Shown: positions 29,221 through 38,649 of the stretch, in pieces
How positions within the stretch are numbered: the first letter of the stretch is position 1
Layout: each line of letters starts with the position of its first letter
NCBI GenBank assembly: GCA_947089095.1
Contig: CAMUJB010000007.1
Span: 43,787 to 107,786 of the forward strand
Reading direction: 5' to 3'
DNA: 64,000 nt
Source: an uncultured Clostridia bacterium
GTDB taxonomy: Bacteria > Bacillota > Clostridia > Lachnospirales > Lachnospiraceae
Program-made: the position numbers and the translations under genes
The notes under the pieces: model-generated
What the model was told of the DNA's origin: nothing
Databases searched by the model: none
The model's input: only the letters and a program-made list of their open reading frames with translations

Positions 29221-30984
29221 ATGAGAAAACATACGCTAGAAACCCGCTGGACACAGCAAATTACAGAAACAAATGCCTGGCAGGAATACCCTCGCCCTAC
29301 TATGGTTCGCTCCTCTTATATAAACCTAAATGGTTACTGGGATTATAAAATCAGCAGACGTCACACCTTTCCCTCCGCCTATAGCGGAAAAATCCTAGTT
29401 CCATTCTCTCCCGAATCCAAACTATCCGGTGTACAGCGTCAGTTAAAACCAAATGAATATCTCTGGTACCACAGAACCCTTACCCCTTTATCATTTTCCA
29501 AACAAGAACGCCTCTATCTGCACTTTGGTGCAGTAGACCAATCCTGCACCGTTTACCTCAACCGCCGGAAAGTCGGTTCCCATCAGGGAGGCTATCTTCC
29601 TTTTTCGATTGACATTACGGAAGCGATGCGGCACGCTTCACCCAAAAAGTCTCTAGACTTATTCGTATGTGTAACCGATCCCAGTGACACCTCCTATCAC
29701 AGCCGGGGCAAACAAAAGCTCCGCAACGGCGGAATGTTTTATACTGCACAAAGCGGAATCTGGCAGACCGTCTGGATGGAACTTGTACCGGAAAATTTTA
29801 TCCGCTATGTCAAATTCACTCCTGACTACGATAAAAAAGAAGTAAAAGTAAAGATTGCTACAGAAAAAACCTGTCCTGCTGTATTACATCTAAAATTAGA
29901 ATCCGGCGATCTCTCTTATTCTTTTACAAGCAACCAAAGCTTTCGGATTCCGATTCGGGAATTTCACGCATGGAGTCCAGAGCATCCCTATCTGTACCAA
30001 GTAAAAATCACTACAAAGACAGACTGTATCTCCAGTTACTTTGCCCTAAGAAAATGTGAAATTCAAACCGATTCAAACGGAATCCGAAAAATCTTTCTTA
30101 ATAATCGCCCCTATCCGCAGATTGGCATCCTCGATCAGGGATACTGGCCAGACGGACTCTATACCCCGCCCTGTGAAGAAGCGATTTTATTTGATCTTTT
30201 GGCAATAAAAAAATTGGGATTTAATATGATCCGCAAACATGTAAAAATCGAATCGGAACGCTGGTACTATCACTGTGATCGGCTTGGTATTCTAGTCTGG
30301 CAGGATATGGTAAATGGCGGCTCACGCTACCACCGCTGGTTTGTTACTTACTTTGCCACTCTCTTTAACTGCCTGAATATCCGAATATTTGATCGTCCTC
30401 ATGCTTTATTTTCACGCAGACAAAAAGAAAGCCGAACCGAATGGACCAAAGAAGTCGTATCCACTGTCCGCACCTTATATCCTCATCCCTGCATTGTATG
30501 CTGGGTTCCATTTAACGAAGGATGGGGACAGTTTCGTGCACTTTCAGCAGCAGAATTGATTCGCAGTCTAGACAAAGAGCGGCTGATCGATCACGCCAGC
30601 GGCTGGTTTGATCAGGGAGGCGGCGATATAAAAAGTATTCACTACTATTTCTTCTCCCTGATTCTAAAACCGGAACGGCGTGCACTCGCTCTGACCGAAT
30701 TCGGCGGCTACACTTGGCATGTAAAAAAACACAGCTATTCCTCCAAAAAATTTGGCTATCGAACTTTTTACAGCAAAAATTCCCTGTCAAAAGGCTATGC
30801 CAAATTATTAGAAGACCTGATTTTTCCTGCATTTCAAAACGGACTTTCCGCCTCCGTCTATACCCAGCTTTCCGATGTAGAAGAGGAACTAAACGGCATC
30901 TTTACCTATGACAGAAAAATTCTGAAATTAGACAAAAAAACGGTTACCGAATGGAACCAAAAAATAAAAAATCTAATCGAGTAG
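29221..30984 (+). CDS. Glycoside hydrolase family 2-like protein
   Basis: 587 aa. N-terminal sugar-binding-like region and TIM-barrel segment (WQDMVNGG). Family assignment from overall similarity only. The last codons ATC GAG TAG lie inside a Fam-D repeat. Confidence 0.55.
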   Translation: MRKHTLETRWTQQITETNAWQEYPRPTMVRSSYINLNGYWDYKISRRHTFPSAYSGKILVPFSPESKLSGVQRQLKPNEYLWYHRTLTPLSFSKQERLYLHFGAVDQSCTVYLNRRKVGSHQGGYLPFSIDITEAMRHASPKKSLDLFVCVTDPSDTSYHSRGKQKLRNGGMFYTAQSGIWQTVWMELVPENFIRYVKFTPDYDKKEVKVKIATEKTCPAVLHLKLESGDLSYSFTSNQSFRIPIREFHAWSPEHPYLYQVKITTKTDCISSYFALRKCEIQTDSNGIRKIFLNNRPYPQIGILDQGYWPDGLYTPPCEEAILFDLLAIKKLGFNMIRKHVKIESERWYYHCDRLGILVWQDMVNGGSRYHRWFVTYFATLFNCLNIRIFDRPHALFSRRQKESRTEWTKEVVSTVRTLYPHPCIVCWVPFNEGWGQFRALSAAELIRSLDKERLIDHASGWFDQGGGDIKSIHYYFFSLILKPERRALALTEFGGYTWHVKKHSYSSKKFGYRTFYSKNSLSKGYAKLLEDLIFPAFQNGLSASVYTQLSDVEEELNGIFTYDRKILKLDKKTVTEWNQKIKNLIE

Positions 30985-31068
30985 GAAAGGTTACTTTCCC
31001 TACTCGCTGTCTCAGGCGTCCGTCAGCTCCGCTGACCTATTTCATTTAAACATTCATGTGCATAAAAA
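30975..31068 (+). repeat. Fam-D repeat, copy a (aatcgagtagg-hairpin-...gctgac...cataaaaa)
   Basis: Copies at 37750, 40424 (deletion form) and 49331. Contains hairpin gagtaggaaa..tttccctactc. Confidence 0.7.
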
Positions 31069-31120
31069 GGGACTGCTGCAAAATAATAAATTCCTATCCT
31101 ATTTTGCAGCAGCCCCTTTT
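31066..31120. terminator. Bidirectional intrinsic terminator between convergent GH2 and GNAT genes
   Basis: aaaagggactgctgcaaaat...attttgcagcagcccctttt: long GC stem flanked by A-run and T-run. Confidence 0.7.
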
Positions 31121-31123
31121 CCA

Positions 31124-31594
31124 CTATAAAATCACTTCCATCCCAACTTTCTGAGGCTTTAGCCCACAGGACTGATAAAATTTCATAGCAGATTCATTTA
31201 AGCTCCAGACATTTAAGGTTACATTATAACACTGATTCTGCCTTGCAAGTGCAAGCACTTCCTGATAAAGCTGCTTTCCTATATGTTGTCCTCTCTGCGT
31301 CTCCTCCACACAGAGATCATCAATATACAAAGTCTTTATATCCGTTAAAATATTATTTTCTTTTTGCTGCTGAAAAACACAAAAGGCATAACCCAAAACC
31401 TGCTGTTCCGAATCCACCGCTACTAAAATAGGTCTCTGATCATCACAAATCAATTCCTTTAACTGTTCATCCGTATATTTCTTTGCACCATACTTAAATA
31501 AATCCGGTCTTCCTCTATGATGCACCAGACACACCTGCATCAGCAACCGATTAATCCCCTCCATATCGCTTTCTTCCGCCCGTCTAATTTTCAT
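31124..31594 (-). CDS. GNAT-family N-acetyltransferase
   Basis: 156 aa. Q/RxxGxG/A-like motif ETQRGQHIGKQL. Confidence 0.8.
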   Translation of the reverse strand: MKIRRAEESDMEGINRLLMQVCLVHHRGRPDLFKYGAKKYTDEQLKELICDDQRPILVAVDSEQQVLGYAFCVFQQQKENNILTDIKTLYIDDLCVEETQRGQHIGKQLYQEVLALARQNQCYNVTLNVWSLNESAMKFYQSCGLKPQKVGMEVIL

Positions 31595-31637
31595 TGTTTA
31601 TTCCCTTCCTTTACTAACTGTTTCTTTCATTCCTTTT

Positions 31638-32294
31638 CTATTCCACTTCCGCTTCCGCCGATTCCACTACTAAAATACTCTCAATCACCGGCTGTTTCTC
31701 TTTTGGCAGCACCCCGCTCAACCCCTGCTCAGAAGCCTCTTTACAGATCGCATCCACAATCTCCATTCCCTCCGTAACATAACCAAACACAGCATAATCT
31801 CCGTCCAAATGAGGGCTGTCCTCATGCACAATAAAAAACTGCGAACTGGCACTGTCTGGTATCATAGAACGTGCCATAGAAATCGCACCCCGTGTATGCT
31901 TAAGCGGATTATCCACTCCATTATTCGGAAATTCTCCAACAATTTTCGTATTCGAACCGCCGTAACCATCCCCCTGCGGATCGCCTCCCTGTATCATAAA
32001 CCCGTCTATCACTCGATGAAAAGTAAGCCCATCATAAAAATTAGATTCCGCAAGCTGAATAAAATTTGTAACTGTAATCGGAGCACTATCTGCATCTAAC
32101 TCAGCATAAATAATTCCCTTATCCTTTACATGAATCTCTATCTGATGCTTCCCTGTTAGATAAGACTCCTCTGTACTAGATTCTGTTTCTGCAGAAGGCA
32201 CCTCCCCTTTTCCACAAGCAGTTATCCCTATTATACAAAATAAAACCAAAACCACAAAACCATATAATCCCTTTTTCTGATACAATTTTTTCAT
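31638..32294 (-). CDS. Cyclophilin-type peptidyl-prolyl isomerase lipoprotein
   Basis: Lipobox ITACG. FHRVIDGFMIQGGDP...HTRGAISMAR cyclophilin core. Confidence 0.85.
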   Translation of the reverse strand: MKKLYQKKGLYGFVVLVLFCIIGITACGKGEVPSAETESSTEESYLTGKHQIEIHVKDKGIIYAELDADSAPITVTNFIQLAESNFYDGLTFHRVIDGFMIQGGDPQGDGYGGSNTKIVGEFPNNGVDNPLKHTRGAISMARSMIPDSASSQFFIVHEDSPHLDGDYAVFGYVTEGMEIVDAICKEASEQGLSGVLPKEKQPVIESILVVESAEAEVE

Positions 32295-32421
32295 AAAATA
32301 CAGTTTTCCTCCTTTATCTAAAATCTAAAATCATAACTCTATCTAAATCATAAATCCTCTATCCAAAATAATAACTCCATTCTCTCTAAATTTATTCACA
32401 ATCTATCTTTAATTTTTTATC

Positions 32422-33045
32422 CTAATTCTTTTCATATATCTGAATCGTTGCATCAATCGAATCTACCACACTGACAATATGATATTTTAATACAAACAAT
32501 GCATTTGCCTCTTCTGGATATTTTTGCTTTACTTTTCGAAGAAGCGGAAGGATATATTGCCTGGTTTCTTCAATATATGCCTTTAATTTTTCCTTTGAAA
32601 ATGCCCCCGCCATACACGATACATTATGACAGCGATCAATTAGTTTCGTAATAGACGCTTCCCGATTTTCTAAAAGTTCATTATAATAACGATTCCTTGC
32701 GATCTCTTTTGTCTCACCTTCCATAACCCGAAATGTCATCAATTCTACACCTCGCCGCACAATATCATTTACTGGAAGTTCCTCCAAACTAATTCCGCAG
32801 TCTTCACAGACATCATGCAGTAAAATCGTTGCAATTATATTATCTTCTTTAATTCCAATACTAAGTGCATTGCACGCCATAGTAAGAGGATGAATAATAT
32901 AGGGTTCTCCTCCCTTACGCATCTGTCCCTCGTGTTTCTCTCTTGCAAAAGATAGTGCCTTTAATGTCTGTGTCATCTCTGCCCCAGAAGCATAACCTCG
33001 AATATAAGTATACATTTTATCTGGATAAAATACGGTTCTTTCCAT
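32422..33045 (-). CDS. HD-domain phosphohydrolase
   Basis: H...HD motif (IIHPL...LLHDVCED). 207 aa. Confidence 0.7.
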   Translation of the reverse strand: MERTVFYPDKMYTYIRGYASGAEMTQTLKALSFAREKHEGQMRKGGEPYIIHPLTMACNALSIGIKEDNIIATILLHDVCEDCGISLEELPVNDIVRRGVELMTFRVMEGETKEIARNRYYNELLENREASITKLIDRCHNVSCMAGAFSKEKLKAYIEETRQYILPLLRKVKQKYPEEANALFVLKYHIVSVVDSIDATIQIYEKN

Positions 33046-33162
33046 CTTCTATTTCCTTTATCGTTTTTATTATTGTTAATAGGTTAAAACAATTACTCTA
33101 CCAAAATCACTTTTTATAGTTTAGCATATTTTTTTTATATATTCAATATTCGATTTCAACTC

Positions 33163-33428
33163 CAAGGGGACGCCAGAGTGCTTTAGGGAGACGTGTTCCG
33201 CTCTCCAGAAAGCAGAAGTTCTAAGACTTCTGAATTTCCGTGCATCCCGCCGGACGGACCGGCACGCAATTCGCCTCTGCAGGAGGCTAAACACGTGCCT
33301 TTTTCGGGCACAAGTGCCCGAAAATCCTACAGAATCGACAGAAGTCTAAGAACTTCTAGCTTTCCTCCGAAGTCACAACGTCTCCCTAAAGCACTCTGGC
33401 TGTATTGTCTCACAATTTACGTTTCCTT
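33163..33428 (-). repeat. Fam-A palindromic structured element, copy 4 (variant B, reverse)
   Basis: ggggacgccagagtg...rc core B...ctctggctgtattgtctcacaatttacgtttc. Confidence 0.85.
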
Positions 33429-33545
33429 TCTCGATCCTCTATGAATACAGGAATCAACTTTTATGTTTTCTTTTCTCGATCCTCTATGGATACAGGAATC
33501 AATTTCTATGTTTTCCTTTTTCGAACCTCCATGGATACAGGAATC
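33429..33545. repeat. Tandem-repeat array 2 (about 2.7 units of 45 bp; tcgatcctctatggatacaggaatcaatttctatgttttcctttt)
   Basis: Direct repeats lying between the head-to-head Fam-A copies 4 and 5. Confidence 0.8.
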
Positions 33546-33555
33546 AAATAAAAAC

Positions 33556-33833
33556 TTATCGGCAGGAAAAAACAGCCAGAGTGGGGAAAAGATTCCTTGC
33601 CACTGTGACTTCGGAGAAAAGTTAGAAAGTCTTATGCTTTTGTCGATCCACTAGGATTTTTTGCCATTCTCGAATGGCAAAAAAAGGGGTGTGTTTAGCC
33701 CGCTGTACGGGCGAATTGCACCCCGATCCGTCCGGCTGGATGTATCTACATTCAAAAGCATTAGACTTTCTTACTTTTTGGAGAGCGGAACAGTGGCAAG
33801 GAATCTTTTCCCCACTCTAGCGTCCCCCCGCCC
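33556..33833 (+). repeat. Fam-A palindromic structured element, copy 5 (variant A, forward)
   Basis: cttatcggcaggaaaaaacagccagag...core A...ctctagcgtccccccgccc. Confidence 0.85.
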
Positions 33834-33871
33834 ACACTATAACACCAAAACCTTTACACCCTATCCCCCTT

Positions 33872-35170
33872 CTATAAAATATCAATATATTCCCCAGATA
33901 AAGCCTTATTCATACTGCGAACGGCACAAAATTTTCCGCACATCGAACAACTGTCCTCCTGCTCCGGTTTTCGCTCTTCCCGAATCTGCTTCGCCGTTTT
34001 TGGATCTATCGCACACTCCCACTGCTTTTCCCAATCCAATTCCCGCCGTGCCTGAGCCATTGCATCATCTAATTCCCTAGCCCCTCGAATCCCCTTTGCA
34101 ATATCAGCCGCATGAGCCGCAATTCGGGAAGCTATTATCCCCTGCCGCACATCCTCTAAATTCGGCAAAGCCAAATGCTCCGCCGGAGTTACATAGCACA
34201 AAAAAGAAGCTCCTGCCGCTGCCGCAATCGCTCCTCCAATCGCAGCCGTAATATGATCATACCCAGGTGCAATATCGGTTACCAAAGGTCCCAACACATA
34301 AAAAGGTGCCCCCATACAGATTGTCTGCTGGATCTTCATATTCGCTGCAATTTGATCCATCGGCATATGCCCAGGACCTTCCACCATTACCTGCACATCT
34401 CTCTCCCAAGCACGTTTTGTCAATTCTCCCAGCCGCACCAATTCTTCTATCTGACAGACATCCGAAGCATCCGCCAAACATCCCGGACGACAGGCATCTC
34501 CAAGAGAGATCGTAACATCATATTCCCGGCAAATTTCCAAAATTTCATCATAATACTGATAAAACGGATTTTCCTCTCCTGTCATACACATCCAGGCAAA
34601 TACCAAAGACCCTCCCCGTGATACAATATTCATTTTCCGCTTCTGCGTTCGAATCTGTTCGATTGTCTTTCTGGTAATCCCACAGTGCAAAGTTACAAAA
34701 TCTACTCCATCTTCTGCATGAAGCCGAATCACATCTAAAAAGTCCTGTGCACAAAGTGTCGCTAAATCCCGCTGATAGTGAATCACCGCATCATAAACCG
34801 GTACGGTTCCAATCATTGCCGGACATTCTGCCGTTAATTTTCTCCGAAACGGCTGTGTATCTCCATGGGAAGATAAATCCATAATCGAGTGAGCACCCAT
34901 TTCCACTGCTTTTTGTACCTTTTTCATCTCTGCTTCCTTATCTTTACAATCTTTCGAGACTCCCAGATTGACATTGATCTTTGTGCGAAGCATCGATCCA
35001 ATCCCTTCTGCATCTAAACAGGCATGACTTTTATTTGCACAGATCACAACTTTTCCCTCCGCTACAAGCGGCATCAGTTCCTCTGCTGTCATTTGTTCTT
35101 TAACCGCAACCGCTTTTAATTGTTCTGTAAGAATCCCTTTCCGTGCAGCTTCCATCTGTGTAGCATACAT
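33872..35170 (-). CDS. thiC: Phosphomethylpyrimidine synthase
   Basis: 432 aa; radical-SAM ThiC C-terminal CSMCGKFC cluster motif; high similarity to ThiC throughout. Confidence 0.9.
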   Translation of the reverse strand: MYATQMEAARKGILTEQLKAVAVKEQMTAEELMPLVAEGKVVICANKSHACLDAEGIGSMLRTKINVNLGVSKDCKDKEAEMKKVQKAVEMGAHSIMDLSSHGDTQPFRRKLTAECPAMIGTVPVYDAVIHYQRDLATLCAQDFLDVIRLHAEDGVDFVTLHCGITRKTIEQIRTQKRKMNIVSRGGSLVFAWMCMTGEENPFYQYYDEILEICREYDVTISLGDACRPGCLADASDVCQIEELVRLGELTKRAWERDVQVMVEGPGHMPMDQIAANMKIQQTICMGAPFYVLGPLVTDIAPGYDHITAAIGGAIAAAAGASFLCYVTPAEHLALPNLEDVRQGIIASRIAAHAADIAKGIRGARELDDAMAQARRELDWEKQWECAIDPKTAKQIREERKPEQEDSCSMCGKFCAVRSMNKALSGEYIDIL

Positions 35171-35249
35171 TCTTTTTTCCTCCTGCCGATTTTTTTAGTT
35201 TTTATTTCTTCTCTTATCTAATGTGTTTCCTTCTTATTGTGCCTGTTTT

Positions 35250-36044
35250 CTAATTTTCTAAATTCCACATATGGTTCAATGGACCGTTTCCATGTCCAAG
35301 AAAAATCTCCTTCTGCAATGCTCCGCTGATATATTCTTTTGCCAGCCGCACGCTCTCTTCCAATTCCTTTCCCTTTGCTAAATTAGAAACAATCGCTGCA
35401 CTTAAGGTACATCCTGTTCCATGTGTATTAGAAACATAATATCGTTCTCCGCTTATCCAAATTTTCCGATTTTGTTTTATTTCATAAAGAAAATCATCTG
35501 CATCCTCTGCTGCATGTCCTCCCTTTAACAGAACACTGCATCCATACCGCTGACCCATTTCCACTGCCGCTGCCTCTCTCTCTGCTTTCCTTTGAATCGT
35601 TCTGTTCACTAATCGCTCTGCCTCTAAAAGATTAGGCGTAATCAGTCTTGCCATAGGAAACAATCTCTTTGTCAACTCGGTCTTTCCCTCTCTGTCTAAA
35701 AATTCCGTCCCGCTAGTAGAACCCATAACGGGATCGATAACAAGGTTGTCAGCCTGATAATAGGCAAGCCTTTCTGCAAGGATCGGAATCAAACGCTTAG
35801 AACCAATCATTCCAATCTTTACTGCATCTGGTACGATATCTGTAAAAATACTGTCTATCTGCTGCCTGAAACATTCCTCTGTCACCGGACAGACTGCAGA
35901 CACTCCTCTTGTATTCTGTGCGGTCAAAGCTGTAATCACACTCATTCCATAAACGCCATGCATCGTCATCGTCTTTAAGTCTGCCTGAATCCCCGCTCCG
36001 CCTGAACAGTCACTTCCCGCTATTGTAAGTGCCGTTTTTATCAT
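35250..36044 (-). CDS. thiD: Hydroxymethylpyrimidine/phosphomethylpyrimidine kinase
   Basis: ALTIAGSDCSGGAGIQADL motif. Start moved to the internal ATG at 36044, which has the RBS ggaggga and overlaps the thiE stop. Confidence 0.85.
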   Translation of the reverse strand: MIKTALTIAGSDCSGGAGIQADLKTMTMHGVYGMSVITALTAQNTRGVSAVCPVTEECFRQQIDSIFTDIVPDAVKIGMIGSKRLIPILAERLAYYQADNLVIDPVMGSTSGTEFLDREGKTELTKRLFPMARLITPNLLEAERLVNRTIQRKAEREAAAVEMGQRYGCSVLLKGGHAAEDADDFLYEIKQNRKIWISGERYYVSNTHGTGCTLSAAIVSNLAKGKELEESVRLAKEYISGALQKEIFLGHGNGPLNHMWNLEN

Positions 36045-36045
36045 A

Positions 36046-36696
36046 TTAGCTTCTCCCTCCAATTTCAAATAGCTGCTCACACCTTCTGCGAAGCCGCAAA
36101 ACAGCCGACTGTATCTCTTTTTGGGCAAAAACAGCTCGAATCACAGCGACTCCGCAAATCCCGGTTCCTGCAAGCTGAGCCAGATTTTCTTCTACAATCC
36201 CTCCAATCGCTATAACTGGAATAGAAACGGTCTGAACAATCTGCTGCAGTACTTCTATTTCGACAGCCTGTGCATCTGCTTTAGACTGTGTAGCAAAAAC
36301 AGCTCCAACCCCTAAATAATCCGCTCCCTGCCGTTGTGCCAGTACAGCCTGTTCCACTGTCTGCACCGATACCCCAAGAATCTTTTCTTTTCCTATCTTC
36401 TCCCTTACTAAAGAAGCCTCCATATCCGTCTGCCCCACATGTACGCCGTCCGCATCCAGACAACATGCCAATTCTACATGATCATTGATTAAAAAAGGAA
36501 CCTGATACTGCCTGCAAAGTCTTTGTACCTCCAACGCTTCCCTATAACACTCCTCTTTAGACAATTCCTTTTCCCGAAGCTGCAGCATGGTTACTCCTCC
36601 CTTTAATGCCTCCTCCACCTGCCAAATAAAAGGATGCTCTCTATCCGACCAGCCCCGATCCGTCACCGCATAGAGCAGCAAATCACCGCATCTCAT
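36046..36696 (-). CDS. thiE: Thiamine-phosphate synthase
   Basis: MRCGDLLLYAVTD N-terminus, TMP-TENI fold motifs. Confidence 0.85.
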   Translation of the reverse strand: MRCGDLLLYAVTDRGWSDREHPFIWQVEEALKGGVTMLQLREKELSKEECYREALEVQRLCRQYQVPFLINDHVELACCLDADGVHVGQTDMEASLVREKIGKEKILGVSVQTVEQAVLAQRQGADYLGVGAVFATQSKADAQAVEIEVLQQIVQTVSIPVIAIGGIVEENLAQLAGTGICGVAVIRAVFAQKEIQSAVLRLRRRCEQLFEIGGRS

Positions 36697-37504
36697 AATT
36701 TGCCCTCCTCTCCAACTCCTCTCCGCTCATCCGATAAACCGCATCAATAATCCGATTTCGATAAGAAGCATTTCCGTCTCCCTTTTCCATTCTCTCCCAT
36801 GCCACTTCTCCGGCAACCCCCATCACACAGACAGCAGCCGCACAAGCCTCCAATTTCCGCTCAGGATTTGCCGCCAAATAGGCAGCCGTCACAGCCGAAA
36901 GCTGACATCCGGTTCCTGTAATTCTGCTCATCTCGGGACGTCCGTTTCGAATAATATAACTATGCCTTTCATCCAAAACCAAATCAATCGCTCCCGTACA
37001 GACAAGAATACAATGTCTTTCTTTTGCAAATGCCTGAAAAATCAAGATCATTTCTTCCAGATTTTCTTCTGTCACCACATCCATTACATTGGCATCCACT
37101 CCCTGCGTATTTCCGCTTCCAAACACCAAAGCCTTTAGTTCCGAACTATTTCCCCGAATACAGTCAAAGGAAATCTCCCGCATCAGTGAAAGAGCCGTAT
37201 TGGTTCGAAACATACTAGCTCCAGCTCCCACCGGATCGAATACTACACAATGCCCCAATTTCACTGCCTGTTTCCCTGCAGCAAATATAGCCGGAACCGT
37301 ATGCTGATTCAACGTCCCAATATTAATCGTCAGCCCGTCACAAATCGAAGTAATCTCCGCCGCCTCTTCCAAATCATCCGCCATAATCGGACTTGCTTTA
37401 CAAGCAAGCAGCACATTTGCCACATCATTCACCGTTACATAATTTGTAATATTATGAATTAACGGCATCTTTCTCTCCACAGCTTCCAAACATTCTTTTA
37501 ACAT
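36683..37504 (-). CDS. thiM: Hydroxyethylthiazole kinase
   Basis: LIHNITNYVTVNDVANVLLACKASPIMADD is the ThiM signature. 273 aa. Confidence 0.85.
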   Translation of the reverse strand: MLKECLEAVERKMPLIHNITNYVTVNDVANVLLACKASPIMADDLEEAAEITSICDGLTINIGTLNQHTVPAIFAAGKQAVKLGHCVVFDPVGAGASMFRTNTALSLMREISFDCIRGNSSELKALVFGSGNTQGVDANVMDVVTEENLEEMILIFQAFAKERHCILVCTGAIDLVLDERHSYIIRNGRPEMSRITGTGCQLSAVTAAYLAANPERKLEACAAAVCVMGVAGEVAWERMEKGDGNASYRNRIIDAVYRMSGEELERRANYEMR

Positions 37505-37540
37505 ATCACATTCCTCCTTTTCTTGGAGAACCTCTAATCA

Positions 37541-37588
37541 AAGGAAATTCGGAATCCGCTCCGCTACTTCCTTGATAGGTTAAAAATA
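37541..37588 (+). repeat. Fam-B short (deletion) form: aaaggaaattcggaatccgctccgctacttccttgataggttaaaaa
   Basis: Shares both ends with Fam-B long copies. Sister short copies at 49195(-) and 63797(+). Confidence 0.6.
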
Positions 37589-37749
37589 AGCCGTCCCTTT
37601 CCCCGTCATACCAAACCTGCCATCCCTTCCGCCTGTCACAATGGAACCTCTACCCTCCTTCTACAATCAAACAAGAAAAATTTATCTTCCCCTGCTCATC
37701 TACCAAAATCTGTCAGCTTACTGAACGATTCCTTTGAACACCCATATAC

Positions 37750-37845
37750 CATCGAGTAGGAAAATTTCCTCTCCTTACTCGCTGCACCAAGCGTCCATCA
37801 GCTCCGCTAACATCATTCCCTTGGACGCCCGCATACATAAAAAAA
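37750..37845 (+). repeat. Fam-D repeat, copy b (inside the thi leader)
   Basis: atcgagtaggaaaatttcctctccttactcgctg...cagctccgctaac...gcatacataaaaaaa. Confidence 0.7.
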
Positions 37846-37980
37846 TGCAGACACGCAAAAAGCATATCTGCACCGTTCTTCCGCAAATGATGTCCCTACG
37901 TTGGCATTATCCAAATCAGGTTTTAAGGGTAAAAGCCTCACATGCTTACTCTCAGCCTATTCTAATAAGCTCCCCATATA
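37838..37980 (-). promoter_or_regulatory. TPP (THI-box) riboswitch with terminator-type expression platform, upstream of thiM-E-D-C
   Basis: Minus-strand aptamer GGGGAGC..GGCUGAGAG..ACCCUUAAAACCUGAUUUGGAUAAUGCCAACGUAGGGA matches the THI-element consensus. It is followed by the hairpin ugcagauaugcuuuuugcgugucugca + U7. Confidence 0.85.
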
Positions 37981-38019
37981 TTTCTATTATAACCTCTTTT
38001 TAAAAAAACACAATCCCCT

Positions 38020-38347
38020 TTTTCCAACAAAATCCTTTAACCCCTCCCAACACCATACCTCATTTGAACCTCTATTTTTTACTGAAATTATTCGAACCAA
38101 GTCCAATCAAATCCAACACCATACCTCATTTGAACTCCTATCTTTTACTGAAATTGGTCCAACCAAGTCCAATCAAATCCAACACCATACCTCATTTGAA
38201 CTCCTATCTTTTACTGAAATTGGTCCAACCAAGTCCAATCAAATCCAACACCATACCTCATTTGAACTCCTATCTTTTACTGAAATTGGTCCAACCAAGT
38301 CCAATCAAATCCAACATCGTACCTCATTTAAGCCTCTATCTTTTACT
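38020..38347. repeat. Tandem-repeat array 3 (about 4.7 units of 66 bp; caacaccatacctcatttgaactcctatcttttactgaaattggtccaaccaagtccaatcaaatc)
   Basis: Direct repeats abutting the 5' terminus of Fam-A copy 6. Confidence 0.85.
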
Positions 38348-38630
38348 CTATCGGCAGGATAAATCAGCCAGAACAAAGAAGCAATTTCTTGCTGACGTGA
38401 CTTCGGAGAAAAGTTAGAAAGTCTTACGCTTTTGTCGATCCACTAGGATTTTTTGCCATTCCCGAATGGCAAAAAAAGGGGTGTGTTTAGCCCGCTGCAC
38501 GGGCGAATTGCACCCCGGTCCGTCCGGCTGGATGCATCAAAATTCAAAAGCGTTAGACTTTCTTACTTTTCGGAGAGCGGAACGTCAGCAAGAAATTGCT
38601 TCTTTGTTCTAGCGTCCCCCACCCCCCATC
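38348..38630 (+). repeat. Fam-A palindromic structured element, copy 6 (variant A, forward)
   Basis: ctatcggcaggataaatcagccagaac...core A...ttctagcgtcccccacccccc. Confidence 0.85.
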
Positions 38631-38649
38631 CAATCATGAAAAAATCCCC

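Noticed and set aside
37505-37740. Expected the TPP riboswitch immediately upstream of thiM
   Set aside because: The minus-strand sequence here lacks the CUGAGA / GGAUAAUGCC THI-box motifs. The true aptamer is further upstream at 37886..37976. The intervening DNA is repeat-derived.
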